A stretch of 64,000 bases of DNA, from positions 62,001-126,000 of the forward strand of contig CDROCS010003444.1 of the NCBI GenBank assembly GCA_977020255.1, written 5' to 3'. Shown in pieces: positions 1-9,546 of this stretch. The DNA comes from Obrimoposthia wandeli (lineage: Eukaryota). The position numbers and the translations under genes were made by a program. Numbering within the stretch: position 1 is the first letter of the stretch; each line of letters begins with the position of its first letter. Below the pieces are notes generated by a model. That model was not told where the DNA came from and searched no databases. It worked only from the letters and a program-made list of their open reading frames with translations.

Positions 1-774
1 ATTAATGGGAAAGCGGCACAAAATGCTGCGCGCACAATCAAACAGCGCCTTATTAATTTCGCAGCTGAACACTACCAAGTTGCTACCGATAAAATCAGCT
101 TCGCCAATAACCATGTAAAGCTTGATAACAAAGTCATCAGCTTTGTAGAACTAATACAACAGGCATATTTTGGCCAAGTTTCTCTGTCTAGCACTGGCTT
201 TTACAAAACGCCAAAAATATTTTATGACCGTGAGAAAGCGTCAGGCACCCCTTTCTACTACTATTCTTATGGTATGTCTTGCTCTGAGGTGATCATAGAT
301 ACCCTAACGGGCGAATACAAAGTGCTACGCGCTGATATTTTGCACGATGTAGGTGATTCACTAAACTCACGACTTGATATCGGACAAATTGAAGGCGGAT
401 TTGTGCAAGGAATGGGTTGGATGACCACCGAAGAACTGGTTTGGAGCGATGAAGGAAAACTGCTCACCAGTAATCCAATGAGTTACAAAATCCCTGCAAT
501 CACTGATATACCTAATGACTTTCGTGTGAAGCTGGTCGAAAATAGAAAGAATCCGCAAGATACTGTTTATCACTCTAAAGCGGTCGGTGAACCCCCTTTT
601 ATGCTGGCTATTTCAGTATGGTGCGCACTTAAAGATGCAGTTGCAAGCCTTGATAACTATAAAACACAGCCGCGTTTGAACTCCCCTGCTACACCAGAGG
701 CGGTATTGTGGGCTGTACAAGAAATATCTAATGGGCAAACTAATCTCCACCCACACGAACAGGTGAGCACTTGA
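1..774 (+). CDS. xdhB: xanthine dehydrogenase molybdopterin-binding subunit, C-terminal part (5' truncated by the window)
   Basis: Frame 1 is open from base 1 (INGKAAQNAARTIKQRL...SLSSTGFYKTPKI...PFYYYSYG) into the listed ORF 274-774, which has DIGQIEGGFVQGMGW and SKAVGEPPFMLA. Lies upstream of xdhC and guaD. Confidence 0.95.
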   Translation: MNGKAAQNAARTIKQRLINFAAEHYQVATDKISFANNHVKLDNKVISFVELIQQAYFGQVSLSSTGFYKTPKIFYDREKASGTPFYYYSYGMSCSEVIIDTLTGEYKVLRADILHDVGDSLNSRLDIGQIEGGFVQGMGWMTTEELVWSDEGKLLTSNPMSYKIPAITDIPNDFRVKLVENRKNPQDTVYHSKAVGEPPFMLAISVWCALKDAVASLDNYKTQPRLNSPATPEAVLWAVQEISNGQTNLHPHEQVST

Positions 775-1643
775 ACCCTCATTGGAGTAAAACTTTAGAT
801 CACTGCCAACAACAAGGCGAAGCTTGCGCGCTTGTCACTATTTTTTCCACAAAGGGATCTACGCCTAGAGAAAGTGGCAGTAAAATGCTTGTCACGCAAC
901 AGCAAAGCTTTGCAAGTATAGGCGGTGGGCATTTAGAGCACCAAGCAATAAAGCTTGCACGCAAAATGCTAAAGGAACAAAACAACCAAGCGTTTATCAA
1001 TAGCTTTTCACTAGGTCCTAGCTTAGGCCAATGTTGCGGTGGCAGCGTAGAGCTACTATTTGAAGCTTTTTACCCGCCTCAGCATCATGTCGTGGTTTTT
1101 GGCGCAGGACATATTGCCAATGCTTTAATTCCAATTTTAGGACAACTGCCTTGCTCGGTCACTTGGATAGATTCACGTGCAGCACTTTTTACTAGCGCAA
1201 CTGCGGATAACACCCACACTATTATTAGCGATGATGTTGTCGCTGAGGTGGACAAAATACCCAACAATAGTTATGTATTAGTCATGACACATAATCACCA
1301 GCTAGATCAAAATTTATGTGAAAGCTTACTAAACAGGCAAGACTGTAGTTTTATTGGGGTGATTGGTTCGAAAACTAAACAGAAAAAATTCAAACTGCGC
1401 TTACAGCACAAAAACTTCACAGCACAACAGGTAGATAGTATCTGCTGTCCTATAGGTTTGAGTAGCATGAGTGGTAAACTGCCCATGGAAATTGCGGTGA
1501 GTGTCAGCGCGCAATTTATCAATTTTTATCAAAGTAAAACCGCCGCAAATTTGACTTTGATTAACACTAAAAATAGCTCAGCTGTGCGCCGCCCTCTAGA
1601 GGCTGTCGTAAAGATAGCGAGCGATAATAAGACAAGGCTATAA
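771..1643 (+). CDS. xdhC: xanthine dehydrogenase accessory protein XdhC
   Basis: GSTPRE, SIGGGHLEH, LGPSLGQCCGG, FGAGHIA, VMTHNHQLD, IGVIGSKTK and CPIG motifs. TTG start overlaps the xdhB stop. Confidence 0.93.
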   Translation: MNPHWSKTLDHCQQQGEACALVTIFSTKGSTPRESGSKMLVTQQQSFASIGGGHLEHQAIKLARKMLKEQNNQAFINSFSLGPSLGQCCGGSVELLFEAFYPPQHHVVVFGAGHIANALIPILGQLPCSVTWIDSRAALFTSATADNTHTIISDDVVAEVDKIPNNSYVLVMTHNHQLDQNLCESLLNRQDCSFIGVIGSKTKQKKFKLRLQHKNFTAQQVDSICCPIGLSSMSGKLPMEIAVSVSAQFINFYQSKTAANLTLINTKNSSAVRRPLEAVVKIASDNKTRL

Positions 1644-1783
1644 TCGTCAAAATAGCAGTATTGACGGGTGTAAATGAGCATATTGATCTGGCTTTTAACG
1701 ACGTATTCTTAAGTGCAGTTATCGTGCCCTTCCGATAAGTTTTACATCACCCTCTTTAATCAACTAATAGTTAAGAGACTACT

Positions 1784-3085
1784 ATGAACAACACCTTTAC
1801 TGCTCACCGTGCAGCTATATTCCACTCACTTGCCGACCCCGATTTACAGGGAGTTGAAGGTTCATATCAATATTTCGAAGATGGTTTACTGATTCTTAAA
1901 GGGGGGTTAATTGAACAAATTGGCGATGCAAAATCATTAATTGCGCAAAACCCTACACTCGATATTACAGAGCACCACAACAAGCTCATTGTGCCAGGTT
2001 TTATTGACACTCATATTCATTATCCGCAAACGGGTGTTATTGCTTCCTTTGGTGAACAGCTATTAGATTGGTTAGAAAACTATACCTTTCCTGCAGAAGC
2101 AGCCTTTAATGATATACAACAATGCCGAGAAACAGCTGATTTTTTCTTGCAAGAGTTATTAAAAAATGGCACCACCAGCGCTTTAGTGTTTGGTACTGTT
2201 CACAAAGAATCCGTAGAAGCTTTTTTTGAAGCGGCAGACAGCCTAAAACTGCGCATGATTGCCGGCAAAGTAATGATGGATAGAAACGCTCCTGATAACT
2301 TAATAGACACCGCGCAAAGTAGCTACGATGACTCTAAAGAGTTGATTGAAAAATACCATCAAAAGAACCGCTTAAGTTACGCTGTCACGCCAAGGTTTGC
2401 ACCCACCAGTACCCCTGAGCAATTACAACTAGCTGGAAAACTACTCACTGAATACCCAGATTTATACTTACATACGCATTTAAGTGAGAATCAAGCAGAA
2501 ATTCAATGGGTTGCCGAGCTTTTCCCACAGAGTAAAGATTACCTAGATGTATACAATCAATACAATTTACTCACCTCTAAATCGATTTTTGCCCACGGAA
2601 TACATTTAAGTGATTGCGAATGCAAAAGATTGGCGCAAGCTAACTCATCCGTCGCTTTTTGCCCTACTTCAAATACCTTTCTTGGTAGTGGTCTATTTAA
2701 TTTAAACAAAATGCAACAGCACAAAGTTCAAGTTTCATTGGGAACAGATGTTGGCGGCGGCACTAGCTTTTCAATGTTACAGACCATGCAAGAAGCTTAT
2801 AAAGTATGTCAACTTAGTGACCATCAAATCACCCCTTTTAAAGCGTTCTATTTAGCCACGCTAGCTGGAGCACAAGCATTAGAGCTTGAAGACAAAATTG
2901 GTAATTTAACCGTCGGTAGTGAAGCTGATTTCGTTGTTTTAGACCTCGCATCGACACCTTTAATGAACTATCGCATGGGTAGTGCAAATACCATTGCAGA
3001 AAAGTTATTTGTATTAATGATACTTGGCGATGACAGAGCCGTAGAACAAACTTATAGCTTAGGTGAGTGTATCTATCAAAAATAA
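1784..3085 (+). CDS. guaD: guanine deaminase
   Basis: PGFIDTHIHYPQ, YAVTPRFAP, HTHLSEN, FCPTSN and GTDVGGG amidohydrolase motifs, in a purine-catabolism context. Confidence 0.95.
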   Translation: MNNTFTAHRAAIFHSLADPDLQGVEGSYQYFEDGLLILKGGLIEQIGDAKSLIAQNPTLDITEHHNKLIVPGFIDTHIHYPQTGVIASFGEQLLDWLENYTFPAEAAFNDIQQCRETADFFLQELLKNGTTSALVFGTVHKESVEAFFEAADSLKLRMIAGKVMMDRNAPDNLIDTAQSSYDDSKELIEKYHQKNRLSYAVTPRFAPTSTPEQLQLAGKLLTEYPDLYLHTHLSENQAEIQWVAELFPQSKDYLDVYNQYNLLTSKSIFAHGIHLSDCECKRLAQANSSVAFCPTSNTFLGSGLFNLNKMQQHKVQVSLGTDVGGGTSFSMLQTMQEAYKVCQLSDHQITPFKAFYLATLAGAQALELEDKIGNLTVGSEADFVVLDLASTPLMNYRMGSANTIAEKLFVLMILGDDRAVEQTYSLGECIYQK

Positions 3086-3117
3086 ACGTTTATCAAAAAT
3101 AAAAATAGCACCATTCT

Positions 3118-3138
3118 CCGCGTGTTATACACACGCGG
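3118..3138. repeat. GC-rich hairpin between guaD and the TetR gene
   Basis: ccgcgtgt-tatac-acacgcgg forms an 8-bp stem with no U-tail, so it is more likely an mRNA-stabilising element than a terminator. Confidence 0.45.
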
Positions 3139-3172
3139 ATTCAAATAGCCCCTTTGAGATATAAGTTTAAAT

Positions 3173-3793
3173 ATGACACGTATTCGCGAAAAAAAGAAAA
3201 ACATTATCTTAAACGCCGCCTGTGAAGAGTTTGCAAACCACGGCTTTGCGGGTACTAAAATAGTTGACATAGCTAACAGTATCAACCTACCTAAAGCGAA
3301 CATCTACTACTACTTTCAAAGTAAAGAGGTTCTGTATAGACATGTTTTAAATAGCTTTATTCAACCACTATTAATGGCAACCCAACCTTTTGATCAATAT
3401 GATCATCCAGCAGCTGCATTAACTGACTTTATTAAGCTTAAAATCGAAATATCGAAAAATCACCCATTTGCTTCAAAAGTATTCGCCAATGAAATTCTGC
3501 ACGGTGCACCTCACCTGCCCGATGACATTATTGAAAAACTAGTTCAGCAAGCAAGCTCTTCTTCAGCTAAACTACAACAGTGGATCGATAAAGGACTAAT
3601 GGACGATATTAATCCCTTACATTTATTATTTACGTTGTGGGCATCAACTCAAACTTACGCTGATTTTAGCTGGCAAATAAAACTGCACTTAAAATCCGAC
3701 GTCATAAGTGAACAAGATTATGACGAAGCAACACAAACATTAATAAATATAGTACTCAAAGGTTGTGGTATAACGACACTAATGGCAGAATAA
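3173..3793 (+). CDS. TetR/AcrR family regulator, RutR-like
   Basis: N-terminal HTH (EFANHGFAGTKIVDIA...KANIYYYFQSKE). C-terminal LLFTLWASTQTYADF is typical of RutR-type regulators next to purine/pyrimidine genes. Confidence 0.85.
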   Translation: MTRIREKKKNIILNAACEEFANHGFAGTKIVDIANSINLPKANIYYYFQSKEVLYRHVLNSFIQPLLMATQPFDQYDHPAAALTDFIKLKIEISKNHPFASKVFANEILHGAPHLPDDIIEKLVQQASSSSAKLQQWIDKGLMDDINPLHLLFTLWASTQTYADFSWQIKLHLKSDVISEQDYDEATQTLINIVLKGCGITTLMAE

Positions 3794-4114
3794 CACTCAT
3801 GAGCTAATTTGAATCTCTCCTCAACATAGCATTCCAATATATTAAAGCTAATATAAACATAATTAGAATCTAAAACACCCGATGGTTCGTAAATAATCAT
3901 ATAGATTGTTAATTACTGCTTTAGTGACTTTATGTAATCCTATTTTTAAGAGTTTATAAGATAACTACTATCGTAAAAATTTATATACGCTTATAACTAA
4001 AGTTCAGGTAATCAATATAGCTTTAAATACCCACACGTTTTGATTTTATTACTGTTCAAAGTAACTTAATAAATCAAACTTAAGATTTTTAATTCAAAGT
4101 TAATACATAATATT

Positions 4115-4426
4115 ATGACAGAATCAGAGTTTTTCTCTCAACTACAAAACCTCTCTTTACCGCAGTTAAGTAAGTTGCACGAGAAAGTTATTTTAAAGAT
4201 ACAGAAGATCAAGACCCTCTCTCGTGAAAAAGAGCAAGCGCTTAAACTTAAAAAAGAGCGGGATCGAGCTGCACGATTAGCCCTGCAACTCAGTAATAGT
4301 GACGATACAAGTACAAAAAAAGGTATTCTACCCAAAATACCCTCTAACAATTTTAATGTTAAAACAATGGCAGAAAGTTTAGATTTAGATTTGAGCTCTA
4401 TTATGCGTGAAATATCTAAGCGGTAA
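4115..4426 (+). CDS. small basic helical hypothetical protein
   Basis: 103-aa ORF filling an AT-rich gap, with a coiled-coil-like N-terminal half. No family securely recognised. Confidence 0.6.
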   Translation: MTESEFFSQLQNLSLPQLSKLHEKVILKIQKIKTLSREKEQALKLKKERDRAARLALQLSNSDDTSTKKGILPKIPSNNFNVKTMAESLDLDLSSIMREISKR

Positions 4427-4579
4427 CTATCAATCGATAGTTTCAGTTATTTAATATAACGTTCTGCAAATCTATATAAATGTTAATCATTATTATCACT
4501 AAGATAGTATTTTCTACACACTTAGCGATAACCTGATTTTATTAAATGATTGACTGTTAGAAAAGACCCTAGCTTAAAA

Positions 4580-5707
4580 CTAAGGGGTTGCGATACGATA
4601 TAAAACTTTATCATGATATCCGGTAATCACCGCGATAACACCGCTAAATTTTTCATTTAAAGAATCGCTGAGACTATCACAAATCAATGGCCTGCCATTG
4701 AGCTCCTTAAGCTTTGTTTTTGTTGCTAATACTATTAAATTCTCTTTGCCTACTTGCTCTAGTAACTGCGTAGAAAGCTGCTGATTGCCACGACCAATAA
4801 TGTGCCCTTGACCACCTATTATGGTAATAATTATTTTAGTAGGAGAGTTTTCAGTTAACGTTAGTAGTTCATTCGCGGTACAGTCTTTGGCAATCAATTT
4901 ACCCTCTTTAACTAAATCAACGCCTAATAAGGTATTATCTAACTGTAGTTCATGCATCACGGCTTGTACCGTTGTACCCGAGCCAATGATGTAATATGTA
5001 TCGTCTTCCATTTGCTCAACAACATCAGCAGCAATGTCTGCAATCACCAGCTCTTCAACTTCTTTACCAGAGCTTTTAACGTTTTGCAGATATCGATGTT
5101 CACTAGGCACTTGCAATTCCCCATAATACTTAGCTTTAACACGCCCTGCCCTAAATGCTTCTTCATCAATATCTCGCACTTCCTGATGCCCTAAAGTGAG
5201 CATATTACCCTCCACTAATAAGGCAACGATTTCGCCTGCCGCTTTAGGCGTGATAGCATACACTCCTGAATGTATTTTTACTCCTGCTGGAATGCCTAAA
5301 ACGCTGACTTGGTCTTGAACTACATTGGCAATATTACGAGCTGTACCATCGCCACCTGCAAACAGTAATAAATCGATATCACAAGCAAGTAACTGTAGTA
5401 CTGCTTGCTCAGTATCTACAGCGGTTGTTGCTCCCGACTCTATCTCACCTACCTCTATTGTTGTAAAGCCCATTGCTCTTGCTATATCAGCGCCCATTTC
5501 AGCTGGATATGTGTATATTTCAATATCTTTTCCAATAAGTACAGATAACGCCTGCTGTGTACGTTGTGAAGCCATCGGTTTTGCTCCCAATGCCAATGCT
5601 TTTTTTACAATCTCTGCACCATCACTGCCCTTTAAACCAACACTTCCACCTAAGCCGGCCATTGGGTTGATCAACAAACCTAATTTGAATAACTTATTCT
5701 CTTTCAT
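4580..5707 (-). CDS. ATP-NAD kinase-like family protein (COG3199-like)
   Basis: INPMAGLGG, FAGGDGTAR, GIPAGVKIHSGVYA and IGGQGHIIGRGNQQ motifs. Probable start is the ATG at 5707 (MKENKLFK). Confidence 0.85.
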   Translation of the reverse strand: MKENKLFKLGLLINPMAGLGGSVGLKGSDGAEIVKKALALGAKPMASQRTQQALSVLIGKDIEIYTYPAEMGADIARAMGFTTIEVGEIESGATTAVDTEQAVLQLLACDIDLLLFAGGDGTARNIANVVQDQVSVLGIPAGVKIHSGVYAITPKAAGEIVALLVEGNMLTLGHQEVRDIDEEAFRAGRVKAKYYGELQVPSEHRYLQNVKSSGKEVEELVIADIAADVVEQMEDDTYYIIGSGTTVQAVMHELQLDNTLLGVDLVKEGKLIAKDCTANELLTLTENSPTKIIITIIGGQGHIIGRGNQQLSTQLLEQVGKENLIVLATKTKLKELNGRPLICDSLSDSLNEKFSGVIAVITGYHDKVLYRIATP

Positions 5708-6371
5708 CGATATACCCAAGATTAACTAAAATTTCTTTATATACATACGCTGCAATTAGCACTTTACTGTCGTCTTCTTGATCTGAAAAAATAAAGCCGT
5801 GTTGATAAACGCCCGCCTGCGACATCTGGCTAGAACGTAAGATAACTGATACCAACAGCATCTGATCTACATTTGCTACTTTAAGCCGTAAGGTGATGAA
5901 GAATTCAGCGCCAATTTCTCCAAGTGATACAGGAGCCTCTACCCCTAAACCTTTAAGGGAAATATCGGTACAATAAACTAAATTTGGTATTTCATTTTGA
6001 TCAGCCAGCTTAACATCTTGATATTCTATAGCCACAGGTTGCTTCAAACTCACCCGCACATCTTTACGAATATTACTGACTTCTATGTTATTTGGATACG
6101 CTAAATGCCAATACGCATAAGGCTCAGGCATCAGCTTCAGAATGCGCGACATAAAAGTGCATATTTGCCCTTGCATCATGATATGCACTTTTACAACGCC
6201 CCCCTCTATATTAGAAGCTGAAAAAGCCGTCGATTTTTTAGGTGCTGTTACAAGAAGAGACTTCCCCTCGATATATCCGATTAACTCTAAGCCTATTTTC
6301 CGCTTTGGCGATTGCATTTGAATCACTAATTTGGATCCAATAGCAGGATTTATATCTCGCAACGAACTCAC
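5694..6371 (-). CDS. PilZ-domain / flagellar-brake-like c-di-GMP receptor
   Basis: RxxxR (RKDVR) and DxSxxG (DISLKG) motifs in the C-terminal domain, with a YcgR-like N-terminal barrel. Confidence 0.85.
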   Translation of the reverse strand: MSSLRDINPAIGSKLVIQMQSPKRKIGLELIGYIEGKSLLVTAPKKSTAFSASNIEGGVVKVHIMMQGQICTFMSRILKLMPEPYAYWHLAYPNNIEVSNIRKDVRVSLKQPVAIEYQDVKLADQNEIPNLVYCTDISLKGLGVEAPVSLGEIGAEFFITLRLKVANVDQMLLVSVILRSSQMSQAGVYQHGFIFSDQEDDSKVLIAAYVYKEILVNLGYIDERE

Positions 6372-6455
6372 TGAAATGGCGATATTGAACTCTCCAATAC
6401 ATCTTATTTTAACTATTAACTGCTAGAGGCCTCACTATGCTATGGGTGGACGCTA

Positions 6456-7586
6456 TTATACATCAAAGCCTATATTTGCTAATAAAGAGCGCTGTTCACT
6501 GTTATTTGTTGAAACTTTTAAAGCGCTAAACTCTCTGCGTATTGGGTAGTGCTTACGTAACAAATCAAATTTTTCCGGTTGGTCAGTTTCACTCAAAGTA
6601 ACCCTTAGCGCTCTATCATCAACAAAAGGGTCATAGATCAACTTCATTGTTGCCGTCGCATCTATACTTTCTGTTAGCTCAATACTGGTAATAGCCGGTG
6701 CCGGTAAATAATCATCTAAGCTGTCTTGAAGTTCTATATTCAGAAGTTTACAAAAAGCTACTTTAAGCATGTAAGTTCCACGTACCTTTCCCTCTAAGCT
6801 ATAACCTGCTATATGCGAAGTAGCAATAGTAACTAAATCGGCTAAGTGCTTATCAACGATAGGTTCATACTCCCAAACATCAAGTACTGCTCTAATATCA
6901 GTTCTCTGCTTTAAAAATGACAATAAATCAGCTGCTTTAATAGCCGGCCCACGACCAGCATTTAGTATTATAGCATTCGGTTTTAATAACTTTAGCTGAT
7001 CTTTTGTCACTAAATGATGCGTCGGCCAAGCACCGCCCTTAATCAAGGGCGTGTGCATGGCAATAATATCGGCATTTTTAAAACAAAACTCTAGCTCACT
7101 GAACCCTATTTCTTGCTGCGCTCTAGGAGGGTCATTTAATAGCAGTTTCTTGACGCCTATTGCTTCTAGACGTTGCTGTAATTTACGCCCCACATTACCA
7201 ACCCCGATAATCGCGATCGTTTTATCGATCAACGATTCGCCGCTCATAGCCAGTATTTGCGAAAGACAGCATAAATCGTATTCGACAACACCATCTGCGT
7301 TACACCCTGGGGCATTGCTAAAAGTGATGTTATTTTCCTTTAGGTAGTGTTTATCTATATGATCTGTACCTATCGTGGCACTACCCACAAACTTCACCGA
7401 ACTACCTTGTAATAATTGCCTATCAACTATAGTAACTGAGCGCACGAGTAAAACATCAACTCCTGTTAATTGATCAGCTGATAAAGATCGTCCATCTACT
7501 CTTTTAATCGAGCCAAACTGCGAAAACATTTCATTAACCATGGGGATGTTTTCATCGGCGACTATCGATAACTTTCTATTTTTCAA
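6456..7586 (-). CDS. pdxB: erythronate-4-phosphate dehydrogenase
   Basis: IVADENIP, LLVRSVT, GSATIGTDH, NAPGCNA, DVWEYEP and HIAGYSLEGKVRGT motifs. Confidence 0.96.
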   Translation of the reverse strand: MKNRKLSIVADENIPMVNEMFSQFGSIKRVDGRSLSADQLTGVDVLLVRSVTIVDRQLLQGSSVKFVGSATIGTDHIDKHYLKENNITFSNAPGCNADGVVEYDLCCLSQILAMSGESLIDKTIAIIGVGNVGRKLQQRLEAIGVKKLLLNDPPRAQQEIGFSELEFCFKNADIIAMHTPLIKGGAWPTHHLVTKDQLKLLKPNAIILNAGRGPAIKAADLLSFLKQRTDIRAVLDVWEYEPIVDKHLADLVTIATSHIAGYSLEGKVRGTYMLKVAFCKLLNIELQDSLDDYLPAPAITSIELTESIDATATMKLIYDPFVDDRALRVTLSETDQPEKFDLLRKHYPIRREFSALKVSTNNSEQRSLLANIGFDV

Positions 7587-7661
7587 TGCATTTTCTCTTT
7601 TTCAAGCAAACTGACAACTGATAATTTAATAAAGACGTTAGATAATAATTGCTTTATTGCG

Positions 7662-8033
7662 CTAAATCTTACGTGATTGACCTTGCTCATTTATCGCGAC
7701 AAAAGTAAAACGCCCTTCCGTAACCTTAACAACTGTTTCACTGTGATGTCTTTGTACCCAAACTTCAACATTGACCGATATAGAGGTAGTACCTGTATGT
7801 ACGATTTCGCAATAGCAACTTACATCATCTCCCACGTAGATTGGTTTAAGAAATGACATCGCATCCACCGCAACCGTCACTACTCTTCCCTTGACAACCT
7901 GAGCGGCAAAATTACCACTGGCAACATCCATTCTCGCCATAATCCAGCCACCAAATATATCACCATCGGGATTAGCATCCGCGGGCATTGCAAGGGTGCG
8001 TAAAGCTGGAATGCTTTTAGGTAAAACAGACAT
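7662..8033 (-). CDS. yciA: acyl-CoA thioesterase (hotdog fold), YciA type
   Basis: LRTLAMPADANPDGDIFGGWIMARMD and VVTVAVDAMSFLKP motifs. Confidence 0.9.
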   Translation of the reverse strand: MSVLPKSIPALRTLAMPADANPDGDIFGGWIMARMDVASGNFAAQVVKGRVVTVAVDAMSFLKPIYVGDDVSCYCEIVHTGTTSISVNVEVWVQRHHSETVVKVTEGRFTFVAINEQGQSRKI

Positions 8034-8404
8034 GAATAGTCAATCCTCTCTCTAATAATTGCATTTATTTGCAAGATAATGGATTTTAACATTATGCCCT
8101 AGAGTATCCATTAATAATCACCTTTTCTTCCATCTACTTACCCACTCTGGCATGCCTCTAACGCGCTTTATTTTTTATTCGACAGTTAGCCTGTAGCGTG
8201 TTATATAGTTATAAAAACTAATAGCCTATCCCAGCATACAGCCCAAGACAAAGACATAACTAAATGTATCTGAATATACACGCCTGCATTTTTTCTGATT
8301 AGCAGTAGCTATTGGTAATTATTAGGAAGTGTTTGGGATTAAAATACCACTTTTACACTTGACAATACTATTTTTTTAATTTTTAGTTACAAGGTATCCT
8401 TAAA

Positions 8405-9409
8405 ATGCAAAACCCTATTATCGTTGAAGTTGTTAGAAACAACATCGTTGAATCTTTTCATAGAGGCAGCGCAGTTGTTGTTGATGTAAAAGGTAATGTC
8501 GTTTTTTCAATCGGAGATATTGAGCGAGATATTTATCCAAGATCTGCTTTAAAACCACTTCAAGCAATCCCTATCATTGAATCTGGAGCAGCTGAAAAGT
8601 TTGAATTATCAGCTAAAGAGATTGCTTTAAGTTGCGCTTCACATAACAGTGAGCCAATGCACGTAGATACTGTCAATAAATGGCTACAAAGGTTAGATTT
8701 AGATGCCTCAAACTTAGAGTGTGGCAAAGCATTACCTAGCTATGAAAAAGCCGCTCATCATATGATTGCACAAGGCCAGCAGGCTAGTAAAGCACACCAT
8801 AATTGTTCTGGTAAGCACTCTGGAATGCTGACATTAGCTCGCCATTTATTACCCCAAGTACAAGGCTACAGTGCACACTCTCATACGGTGCAACAAATAT
8901 GGATGAAGACTTTAACCGAATTAATTGGTGAAGATGTTGCCAAAATGCATTGGGAGCAAGATGGTTGTGGCCTTCCAGCTATTTATATGCCAATGCAAAA
9001 ATTAGCATATGCTTTTGCCTTATTTAGCGATCCTGATAACCAGCCAGGGGCTAGAGGAGCCGCCATGAGTAAAATTTTAGCATCTATCGCCGCCCATCCA
9101 GAAATGCTAGCCGGATCAGAGCGCTGCTGTAGCGCTGTGATTAAAGAAACAGCGGGAAAGGCTATCGTAAAATTAGGAGCAGAAGCGGTATATGCCGGTG
9201 TTATTCCAAGCTTAAAACTTGGCTTCGCGCTAAAAATTGATGATGGAACTATTAGGGCAAGTGAAGTAGCGCTAGGCGCACTTCTTAAAAAAATCGGGGC
9301 GGTCACAGAGCAAGAACAGCATAATTTAGTTGATTTCTTCCAGCCCGTTATACGTAACTCTTTAAATGCTGTAACAGGAGAAATTAGGGCATCTAAAGCT
9401 TGGTCTTAA
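8405..9409 (+). CDS. L-asparaginase, Rhizobium etli-type (class 3, 'asparaginase II')
   Basis: ESFHRG, PRSALKPLQA (RSxxK), SCASHNSE, HNCSGKH, DGCGLP and KLGAE motifs. Confidence 0.88.
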   Translation: MQNPIIVEVVRNNIVESFHRGSAVVVDVKGNVVFSIGDIERDIYPRSALKPLQAIPIIESGAAEKFELSAKEIALSCASHNSEPMHVDTVNKWLQRLDLDASNLECGKALPSYEKAAHHMIAQGQQASKAHHNCSGKHSGMLTLARHLLPQVQGYSAHSHTVQQIWMKTLTELIGEDVAKMHWEQDGCGLPAIYMPMQKLAYAFALFSDPDNQPGARGAAMSKILASIAAHPEMLAGSERCCSAVIKETAGKAIVKLGAEAVYAGVIPSLKLGFALKIDDGTIRASEVALGALLKKIGAVTEQEQHNLVDFFQPVIRNSLNAVTGEIRASKAWS

Positions 9410-9427
9410 AACCAAACTGTTGAAGCG

Positions 9428-9452
9428 AGCCTATTATCAAAATGCAATAGGC
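9428..9452. terminator. probable hairpin terminator between convergent genes
   Basis: gcctatt...aataggc inverted repeat between the asparaginase stop and the GGDEF-EAL stop. Confidence 0.45.
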
Positions 9453-9546
9453 CCTGCTGGCTTCAATATTATTTAGATCTACTGTGAATCTAGTTACTGG
9501 AATTTTCCACAATATAATTGGAGATAACGCAGCACAACACCTACTT

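Noticed and set aside
1-3793. xdhB-xdhC-guaD-TetR cluster as a novel system
   Set aside because: Standard purine-degradation arrangement with nothing unusual in the motifs.
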